Shown piece after piece: positions 56,767 through 64,000 of a stretch of 64,000 nucleotides of DNA. The translations under genes were made by a program, and so were the position numbers. Within the stretch, counting starts at the first letter, position 1. Every line of letters begins with the position of its first letter. Source of the stretch: an uncultured delta proteobacterium (lineage in GTDB: Bacteria > Desulfobacterota > Binatia > DP-6); the NCBI GenBank assembly GCA_963815115.1, contig CAWFFN010000005.1, positions 960,001-1,024,000 of the forward strand, in the 5' to 3' direction. A model generated the notes under the pieces. The model worked only from the letters and a program-made list of their open reading frames with translations, did not search any database and was not told where the DNA came from.

Positions 56767-58677
56767 ATGGCGGCAAGCTACACCGCGAAGGACATCCTGG
56801 TGCTCGAGGGCCTCGAGCCCGTGCGGCGCCGTCCGGGCATGTACATCGGCGGCGTCGATGGGTCGGGATTGCACCATCTCCTGTGGGAGATCGTCGACAA
56901 CTCGGTCGACGAGGCCATGAACGGCCACGCCGATCGCATCACGGTGGTGCTCCACAAGGACGGCGCGTCGGCCACCGTCACCGACAACGGCCGCGGCATC
57001 CCGGTCGACCGCCACACCCAGTACAAGAAGCCCGCGCTCGAGCTGATCCTCACCACGCTGCACGCGGGTGGCAAGTTCGAAGCCAAGAGCTACTACCACT
57101 CCGGCGGGCTGCACGGCGTGGGGGCGTCGGTGGTGAACGCGCTCAGCGAGAAGCTGGTGGCGCACGTGAAGCGCGACGGTGCGGAGTGGGAGCAGGCGTT
57201 CGTCCGCGGCAAGCCGGCCGGTCCGCTCAAGAAGGTCGGCGCCGCGCGCGGGAGCGGCACCAGCATCTTCTTCAAGCCCGACGGACAGATCTTTCCGAGC
57301 ACCCGCTTCGACCCGACGCTGATCCGGGAGCGCCTCGAGGCCAAGGCCTACCTGCACGGAGGTCTCACCATCGAGCTGCGCGACGACGCCGCCGGTACCT
57401 CGGCTTCGTTTCACTACGAGGACGGGCTGCGGGCGTATCTCGAGAAGCTGGTTCGTGAGTCGGGTGGTGCGCCGCTGGCAGGGGAACTCGTCACCATCCA
57501 GAAGGAGCAGGACGGCCTCCATCTCGAGTGCGCCCTGGCCTGGACGGAGGACACGAGCGAGCGGGTGCAGTCCTTCGTGAACGGCATCCCCACCACCGCC
57601 GGCGGCGCGCACGAGAACGGCCTGCGCGCCGGGCTCGTGAAGGCCGTCCGGAACTACCTGACCACCCACAACCTCGTCCCGCGCGGGCTCACGATCGCGG
57701 CCGAGGACGCCCGCGAGGGGCTGGTGGCGCTGCTGTCGATCAAGATCGCGCAGCCGCAGTTCCAGGGCCAGACCAAGGAGCGCCTGAACAACGCCGAGGT
57801 CACGCCGCTCATCGACGGCATCGTGCGCACCGCGCTCGAGAACGCCCTCAACGCCAACCGGACGGTGGGCGATACCATCGCCGGCCGCGTGATCCTGGCG
57901 GCGAAGGCCCGCAGCGCATCGCGCGCGGCGGCCCAGCAGGTGCAGCGCAAGAGCGCCGTGTCCCACCGCCTGAACCTGCCCGGCAAGCTGGCCGATTGCA
58001 GCTCGACCGACCCCGCCGAATGCGAGCTCTTCCTGGTGGAGGGCGACTCGGCAGGCGGCTCGGCGAAGCAAGGCCGCGACCGTGCCTTCCAGGCCATCCT
58101 GCCGCTGCGCGGGAAGGTGCTCAACACCGAGCAGGCGTCGACGGCCAAGGTGCTCGGCAACAAGGAGCTGTCCGACCTCGTCTCGGCGCTGGGATGCAGC
58201 GCGGGCAAGGACTTCGACGCCGGCAAGCTGCGCTACCACAAGATCTGCCTGCTCATGGACGCCGACTCCGACGGCAACCACATCTGCACGCTGCTCCTCA
58301 CCTTCTTCTATCGCCACCTGCCCGACCTGATCCGCCAGGGGTACGTCTACATCGCGCAGCCCCCGCTCTATCGCATCGACGCCGGCAAGCAGGTTCTGTG
58401 GGCGCGCGACGACGCGGAGCGGGACCGGCTGCTCGCGGGTTTGAATGGACGGCGGGATCGGGTACAGGTGCAGCGCTTCAAGGGACTCGGCGAGATGAAC
58501 CCCTCCACGCTGAAGGAGACCACGCTCGACCCCGCGCGCCGTGCGTTGCTTCGCGTGCGCATCGCCGATCCCGCGGCCACCGAGCAGGCCATCCAGACGC
58601 TCATGGGGCGTGACGTGGCGCCGCGTTTCGAGTTCATCATGGAGCGTGCGCCGCGCGTGGACGAGGTCGACGTGTGA
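56767..58677 (+). CDS. parE: type IIA DNA topoisomerase subunit B (topoisomerase IV-like)
   Basis: Motifs LEGLEPVRRRPGMYIG, EIVDNSVDE, GGLHGVG, VEGDSAGG, PLRGK, DADSDG, RFKGLGEM. No proteobacterial GyrB insert. Confidence 0.85.
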   Translation: MAASYTAKDILVLEGLEPVRRRPGMYIGGVDGSGLHHLLWEIVDNSVDEAMNGHADRITVVLHKDGASATVTDNGRGIPVDRHTQYKKPALELILTTLHAGGKFEAKSYYHSGGLHGVGASVVNALSEKLVAHVKRDGAEWEQAFVRGKPAGPLKKVGAARGSGTSIFFKPDGQIFPSTRFDPTLIRERLEAKAYLHGGLTIELRDDAAGTSASFHYEDGLRAYLEKLVRESGGAPLAGELVTIQKEQDGLHLECALAWTEDTSERVQSFVNGIPTTAGGAHENGLRAGLVKAVRNYLTTHNLVPRGLTIAAEDAREGLVALLSIKIAQPQFQGQTKERLNNAEVTPLIDGIVRTALENALNANRTVGDTIAGRVILAAKARSASRAAAQQVQRKSAVSHRLNLPGKLADCSSTDPAECELFLVEGDSAGGSAKQGRDRAFQAILPLRGKVLNTEQASTAKVLGNKELSDLVSALGCSAGKDFDAGKLRYHKICLLMDADSDGNHICTLLLTFFYRHLPDLIRQGYVYIAQPPLYRIDAGKQVLWARDDAERDRLLAGLNGRRDRVQVQRFKGLGEMNPSTLKETTLDPARRALLRVRIADPAATEQAIQTLMGRDVAPRFEFIMERAPRVDEVDV

Positions 58678-59912
58678 AGAGAGCCGTGATCACGGGGTTG
58701 GGCGGTGTCACGCCGATCGGCATCGGGGTGGACGCCATCTGGGACAGCGCCGCCGCGGGTCGCTCGGGCATCGGCCCGATCACGCTCTTCGACGTCTCGC
58801 GCCAGAAGTGCCGCATCGGGGGCGAGGTGCGCGGGTTCGACCCGGCGCGCTGGATGCCGGCCAAGCACCTGAAGCGCATGGACGATTTCGCTCGCTACGC
58901 CGTGGCGGCGGCCGTGATGGCGGTCGACGATGCGAAGCTGCCGATCGGCGTCGAGAACAGCCAGCGCATCGGGGTCATGCTCGGCAACAACAACGGCGGC
59001 GCGCGCACCATCTTCAAGACCGTCACGCAGTTCAACGCGGAGGGGCCCGATGCGGTGTCGCCGTTCTACATCACGGCCATCACGACGAGCCTCGGAGCGG
59101 GGCAGGTGGCGATCCGGCTCGGCGTCCGCGGCCCGAACTTCACCATCGGCAACGCCTGCGCGTCGGGCCTCAACGGCGTCGGCGAGGCCTGGCGCCTGGT
59201 GCGCGAGGGCAGCTGCGACGCCGTGCTCGCCGGCGGCACCGATGCGCTCATCGATCCCACCGAGATCGCCGGCTTCTCGAACTCGCGTGCGGTCTCCCTG
59301 CGCAACGACGAGCCCGCGCGGGCGAGTCGGCCATTCGACCGCGATCGGGACGGCTTCGTCCTGTCGGACGGCTCCGCGATGCTGGTCGTGGAAGAGCTCG
59401 AGCACGCGCGCGCGCGCGGCGCCCGCATCTACGCGGAGATCCTCGGCTACGCGACGGGCAGCGAGGCGTTTCACATCGCCGCGCCCCTGCCGGACGGGAT
59501 CGGCGCGGCGGCGACGATGCAGGGGGCCATGGCGAGCGCCGGCGTGCGGCCGGAGGAGATCGACTACGTGAACGCGCACGCGACGTCGACGCCGCTCGGC
59601 GACGTCAACGAGACCCAGGGCATCAAGCTGGCCCTCGGCGATCATGCCAGACGGGTGCCCGTGAGCGCCACGAAGTCGATGACCGGTCACCTGATCGGCG
59701 CCTCGGGAGCCCTGGAGGCGCTCATCGTCGCCAAGACGCTCGCGACCGGCATCGTCACGCCGACGATCAACCTGGACCACCCCGACCCGGAGTGCGACCT
59801 CGACTACGTGCCGCACGAGGCACGGCGCGCCGATGTCCGTACCGCGATCACCAACTCCTTCGGGTTCGGTGGGGCGAACGCGTCGCTGATCATGCGACGC
59901 TGGGAAGGCTGA
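58674..59912 (+). CDS. fabF: beta-ketoacyl-ACP synthase II family protein
   Basis: C-H-H triad in NACASG, NAHATST and TGHLIG, plus NSFGFGG. Start overlaps the parE stop. Confidence 0.85.
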   Translation: MKRAVITGLGGVTPIGIGVDAIWDSAAAGRSGIGPITLFDVSRQKCRIGGEVRGFDPARWMPAKHLKRMDDFARYAVAAAVMAVDDAKLPIGVENSQRIGVMLGNNNGGARTIFKTVTQFNAEGPDAVSPFYITAITTSLGAGQVAIRLGVRGPNFTIGNACASGLNGVGEAWRLVREGSCDAVLAGGTDALIDPTEIAGFSNSRAVSLRNDEPARASRPFDRDRDGFVLSDGSAMLVVEELEHARARGARIYAEILGYATGSEAFHIAAPLPDGIGAAATMQGAMASAGVRPEEIDYVNAHATSTPLGDVNETQGIKLALGDHARRVPVSATKSMTGHLIGASGALEALIVAKTLATGIVTPTINLDHPDPECDLDYVPHEARRADVRTAITNSFGFGGANASLIMRRWEG

Positions 59913-59957
59913 GCCGCCGGCGCCCCGCGCCGCGTCCCGCTCCTTCGACCGGACCTC

Positions 59958-61130
59958 GTGGACCGCCGCCTTCTCGTCATCGTCCTCACGCTCGTCGTCA
60001 ACCTGATCGGGTTCGGGATCATGATCCCGCTCCTGCCGCTGTACGTGAAGTCGTTCGGCGCGTCGGAGCAGGTGATCGGGCTGGTGATCGCGACCTTCTC
60101 GCTGTGTCAGCTGATCGCCTCCCCGGCGCTCGGGGCGCTGTCGGATCGCTGGGGCCGGCGGCCGATCCTCGTGCTCAGCCTGGTCGGAACGGTCGCGAGC
60201 TTCGTCATGCTGGCGCTGGCGCGCAGCGTCCCGATGCTGTTCGCGGCGCGCCTCGTCGACGGACTGTCGGGCGGGAACATCTCGACCGCGCGCGCCTACA
60301 TCGCCGACATCACGACCGAGGACGAGCGCGCGAAGGCCTACGGGCTGATCGGGGCGGCGTTCGGGGTGGGGTTCGTGCTCGGGCCGGCGCTGGGGGGTGC
60401 GCTCGGACACGTGAGCTACACGGCGCCGATCTGGGCCGCGGCGGCTCTGACGCTGGTGGCGACCGTGCTCGCCTGGGCATGGCTGCCCGAGACGGTCCAC
60501 CGTGGTGCAGCGAATCCGAGCCCGCTGCTCGCCGGGCTGCGCGCCGCGTTCGGCCGTCGTACCCTGCGGCCGCTCCTGATCGTCGATCTCGCGTACTGGA
60601 CCGCGACGGCCGTGTTCCAGGGCACGTTCGCGCTCGTCTCGGCGCATCGCTTCGGCTTCGGCGTATCGCACGTGGGATACGTCCTGGCAGTGTTCGGGGT
60701 CCTGGGCGTCGTCGTGCAGGTGGGACTGGTGGGCCGCGTGGTCGCCGCACTCGGCGAGCGCCGGACGTTCGCGCTGGGTCTGCTGGCCTCGGTGGTGGGC
60801 CTCGGAGGCGCCGCCGCCTCGTCCGGGCTGATGCCCTTCCTCGTCCTCCTCGTCCCCCTCGCCGTGGGCTCGGCGCTGTGCACGCCTGCCCTCTCGGCCC
60901 TGATCAGCCGTCGGGCCGGAGCGGAGGAGCAAGGGACGGTGCAGGGGGCCGCCTCGGCGCTGGAGAGCCTGGGGCGCACGGTCGGGCCGATCTGGGGAAC
61001 CGCGGTGATGCAACGCCTCGGCGACGGGGCGGCATTCGGCCTGGGCGCGTTCCTGCTCGCGGGCACCACGCTCCTGGTCGTCGCCGGCACGAGCGACGCC
61101 GGCACGGAAACGCCGCGCGCCGCGGCCTGA
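59958..61130 (+). CDS. MFS transporter (TetA/DHA1-like)
   Basis: GFGIMIPLLP, motif A GALSDRWGRRP, ARAYIADIT, motif C GFVLGPALGG. Confidence 0.9.
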   Translation: MDRRLLVIVLTLVVNLIGFGIMIPLLPLYVKSFGASEQVIGLVIATFSLCQLIASPALGALSDRWGRRPILVLSLVGTVASFVMLALARSVPMLFAARLVDGLSGGNISTARAYIADITTEDERAKAYGLIGAAFGVGFVLGPALGGALGHVSYTAPIWAAAALTLVATVLAWAWLPETVHRGAANPSPLLAGLRAAFGRRTLRPLLIVDLAYWTATAVFQGTFALVSAHRFGFGVSHVGYVLAVFGVLGVVVQVGLVGRVVAALGERRTFALGLLASVVGLGGAAASSGLMPFLVLLVPLAVGSALCTPALSALISRRAGAEEQGTVQGAASALESLGRTVGPIWGTAVMQRLGDGAAFGLGAFLLAGTTLLVVAGTSDAGTETPRAAA

Positions 61131-61294
61131 GCGGCCGGCCCTTTTTCCTGCCGCGGCGGCTTCGCCGCCGGTGCGAGGGGGCGAGCGCCCGGCGAGAAGC
61201 CCGCCGGCTCGACATCAACGGTCAAGCTTGTGTCCGTGGATGCTGACCTGACATCCAGCGTCACCCCTAGCGGCATCGGCAACAAAGCCCTAGC

Positions 61295-61333
61295 AAAAAT
61301 TGATTGACAGACACGCTTCCCATCAGGTACGGC
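61295..61333 (+). promoter_or_regulatory. possible sigma70 promoter of the thioester-domain gene
   Basis: AT-rich AAAAATTGA followed by a perfect TTGACA (61304-61309) and N18 TACGGC (weak -10). SD GGGAGG lies before the ATG at 61396. Confidence 0.4.
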
Positions 61334-61395
61334 GCACGCACACATCGACATGCCGACAGATGCGGTCGCCGGGGGCGCCGCGAAAGGGAGGGACC

Positions 61396-64000
61396 ATGAG
61401 GGAGCGACGAGATGCGTGCACACGCCCGGGCGGGCTGCACGTGCCAGGGCGCCTTGCCGTAGCCGTCCTCGCGGCAGCGCTGGTCTTCACCGGACCGGCC
61501 CGCCGGGCCTTTGCCGGGACCGGCTGCCTGATCAACGAGAATCCGCCGGCGCACGGCGCCACGGCCACGGGCAGCATCGTGCCGATGGTGGGCTTCACGT
61601 GCCCGCCGGCCGGGCCGGTGGACGGCGGCGGTCACTTCTACGCCGGCACGTTCAACATCACCGTCGACGGCGATCCCACCCTGGGCTACTGCATCGACAT
61701 CACGCACCCCATCAGCAACGGGCAGTGCGAGCCGCAGGCGCAGTTTCCCGATCTTCCCTGCGAAGCGGTGTGGATCCTGAACAACTACTACCCCAAGGTC
61801 GCCAGCCCGCCGGGAGCCCTGGCGAGCCCGGGGGACGAGGCCGCCGCGACCCAGATCGCGATCTGGCACTTCACCGATTGCTTCACCGCCGAGCCGGACA
61901 CCGACTCGGACATCCTCGACCGCGCCGACCAGATCATCGCCGACGCGGCCAACCATCACAGCTGCGTGGCGCCGACGGCGCCCCAGAACATCACCATCAC
62001 GCCGCCGAGCGCGACCAACGTCCTGCCGCAGGACCCGCAGCACTGCGCCACCGCCCACGTCGCGGACACGAACGGCGACCCCGTCGCCGGGATCGAAGTG
62101 GTCGTCACGGTCGCCAACGGTCCCTCGGGCTCGGTCGGGCCGATCACCGGGACGACGGACCAGAACGGCGACTTCCCCTTCTGCTACAGCAACGCGAACC
62201 TGCTTGCCGGCGGCCCGGACCACATCACGGCGACCGCGCACTACACCGTGTCGACGGGCATCGCGTTCAAGCAGCAGGGCATCCAGGGCATCGTGATCGC
62301 CGGGCAGGACGCCGACGCGGCCGCCACCGGCACGGCGGTCAAGAACTGGGTCACCAACCAGTGCGGCGACGGCAGCGTCAACCAGGTGACCGAGCAGTGT
62401 GACGACGGCAACCAGGTCAACGGGGACGGGTGCGACAACAACTGTACCCCCTCCACGTGCGGCAACGGCATCGTCGCCGGGAACGAGCAGTGTGACGACG
62501 GCAACACGATCGACGGCGACGGCTGCGATTCGAACTGCACGCCGACCGCATGCGGCAACGGCGTCGTCACCGGCATCGAGCAGTGCGACGACGGCAACCA
62601 GGTCGACGGCGACGGCTGCGACCACAACTGCCAGCCGACCGGGTGCGGCAACGGCGTCGTGACGCCCCCCGAGCAGTGCGACGACGGCAACGCCGTCGAG
62701 GGCGACGGCTGCGACACCAACTGCACCACCTCGGGCTGCGGGAACGGCATCGTCGCCGGGAACGAGCAGTGTGACGACGGCAACCAGATCAACGACGACG
62801 GGTGCGACAACGACTGCCGGCCGCCGCGCTGCGGCAACGGCATCGTCGACGCTTCGCACGGCGAGACCTGCGACGACGGGAACGCCGTCAACGGCGACGG
62901 CTGCGACTCGAACTGCACGCCGACGGGCTGTGGCAACGGCATCCCGACGCCGCCCGAGCAGTGTGACGACGGCAACCAGGTCAACAACGACGGCTGCGAC
63001 ACCAACTGCACCTTCCCGGGCTGCGGAAACCACATCGTGAACCCGCCGCTCGAGCAATGTGACGACGGTAATCACAACAACGACGATGGCTGCGAGAACG
63101 ACTGTACGCTGCCGAAGTGTGGCAACGGCATCGTCGATGCGTCGCACGGCGAGCAGTGCGACGACGGCAACCAGGTCAACGGCGACGGGTGCGACGACAA
63201 TTGCACCACGAGCGTCTGCGGCAACGGCATCGTCGCCGGCAGCGAGGAGTGCGACGACGGCAACCAGACCAACGGCGATGGCTGCGACACCAACTGCAAG
63301 ACCACCCGGTGCGGCAACGGCGTGGTCAGCGGGACCGAGCAGTGCGACGACGGCAACAACGCGAATGCGGATGGCTGCGAGGCCGACTGCACGCTGCCGC
63401 GGTGCGGCAACGGCGTCGTCGATCAGGCGCAGGGCGAGCAGTGCGACGACGGCAACACCGCCGACGGCGACGGCTGCTCACACGACTGCAAGCTCCAGGA
63501 GATCTGCACCGACCTGATCGACAACGACGGCGACGGGCTGGTCGACTGCGACGACGTGCTCGATTGTCACTGCCAGGTCTTCGGCAAGGACCCGGCATCG
63601 ATCGTGTTCGTCCCGAACAAGCCCGGTCTGGACAAGTTCAAGGTCCACGGGCGCATGACGCTGGCAAACGCCAGCGCGATGTTCTCTTCGAAGTTCGGCG
63701 TCCTGCTGACCAACGCCAACGGGACCATCTTCCGCGGCGTGCTCGACGCCGGACAGCTGGTGAAGAAGGGCAGCGGCGCGCTCTTCAAGAACAAGACCGC
63801 CAACCACACCGGCGGCCTCTACAAGGTCCAGATCAAGAGCAAGCTGGGCTACGTGAGGATCCAGATCCAGTCCTACTCCGATCTCGGCCTGGCGACGGTG
63901 CCGCTCATGGGCGTGCAGGTGCTCCTCGCCGGAGAGGAGGCCTACTACAAGGCCTCGTGGCAGAAGCGGCCGAACGGCTGGAGGCTCCAGCTCCCGCCGA
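61396..64000 (+). CDS. secreted thioester-domain (TED/TQXA) adhesin-like protein with 12 myxococcal Cys-rich repeats, 3'-truncated by the window
   Basis: Translated by hand; absent from the ORF track because there is no stop in the window. Order: signal peptide (...ARRAFA), GYCID, WILNNYYP, AAATQIAIWHF, Ig-like insert, IQGIV, 12x CGNG...EQCDDGN...GDGC...C, EICTDLIDNDGDGLVDC, Lys-rich C-terminal domain. Confidence 0.88.
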   Translation, partial: MRERRDACTRPGGLHVPGRLAVAVLAAALVFTGPARRAFAGTGCLINENPPAHGATATGSIVPMVGFTCPPAGPVDGGGHFYAGTFNITVDGDPTLGYCIDITHPISNGQCEPQAQFPDLPCEAVWILNNYYPKVASPPGALASPGDEAAATQIAIWHFTDCFTAEPDTDSDILDRADQIIADAANHHSCVAPTAPQNITITPPSATNVLPQDPQHCATAHVADTNGDPVAGIEVVVTVANGPSGSVGPITGTTDQNGDFPFCYSNANLLAGGPDHITATAHYTVSTGIAFKQQGIQGIVIAGQDADAAATGTAVKNWVTNQCGDGSVNQVTEQCDDGNQVNGDGCDNNCTPSTCGNGIVAGNEQCDDGNTIDGDGCDSNCTPTACGNGVVTGIEQCDDGNQVDGDGCDHNCQPTGCGNGVVTPPEQCDDGNAVEGDGCDTNCTTSGCGNGIVAGNEQCDDGNQINDDGCDNDCRPPRCGNGIVDASHGETCDDGNAVNGDGCDSNCTPTGCGNGIPTPPEQCDDGNQVNNDGCDTNCTFPGCGNHIVNPPLEQCDDGNHNNDDGCENDCTLPKCGNGIVDASHGEQCDDGNQVNGDGCDDNCTTSVCGNGIVAGSEECDDGNQTNGDGCDTNCKTTRCGNGVVSGTEQCDDGNNANADGCEADCTLPRCGNGVVDQAQGEQCDDGNTADGDGCSHDCKLQEICTDLIDNDGDGLVDCDDVLDCHCQVFGKDPASIVFVPNKPGLDKFKVHGRMTLANASAMFSSKFGVLLTNANGTIFRGVLDAGQLVKKGSGALFKNKTANHTGGLYKVQIKSKLGYVRIQIQSYSDLGLATVPLMGVQVLLAGEEAYYKASWQKRPNGWRLQLPP
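62362..63492 (+). repeat. 12 tandem myxococcal Cys-rich repeats (93-99 bp; DUF4215-type)
   Basis: Units start at about 62362, 62458, 62551, 62644, 62737, 62830, 62929, 63022, 63118, 63217, 63310 and 63403. Confidence 0.92.

Noticed and set aside
62362-63492. Regular ~93-99-bp repeats resembling a CRISPR array
   Set aside because: In-frame degenerate protein repeats with synonymous variation. No unique spacers or cas genes.

Overview
GC-rich, gene-dense bacterial chromosomal segment. Its gene content resembles Deltaproteobacteria, and the Cys-rich secreted proteins suggest Candidatus Binatia/Myxococcota relatives (inference only). No rRNA, tRNA, CRISPR array, prophage or IS element was seen. 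Contents, left to right: (1) the 3' part of a DUF6351-like Cys-rich secreted protein with a 1-nt frameshift; (2) ethylmalonyl-CoA-pathway-type genes (3-hydroxybutyryl-CoA dehydrogenase, Mcd-like acyl-CoA dehydrogenase, ccr, PduO) around ilvD and a peroxiredoxin; (3) folK, and the xerC-hslV-hslU...argBDFGH-lipoprotein-dapFAB block, which is interrupted by four extra genes including a DNRLRE/collagen-like protein; (4) an envelope/glycan cluster (LolA-like protein, FAD oxidoreductase, two methyltransferases, YfhO, orphan FtsX-type permease); (5) tandem Trp-less dodecins with WS/DGAT, an HpnG-like phosphorylase and an HD protein; (6) a GbsR regulator, hybrid kinase, sterol desaturase, sulfatase and GST; (7) a parC-parE-fabF-MFS run with a natural S83L-type QRDR; (8) a secreted protein missing from the ORF track because it runs off the window end. 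It has a class II-like thioester (TED/TQXA) domain, 12 myxococcal Cys-rich repeats and a basic C-terminal domain, and is the most striking feature.
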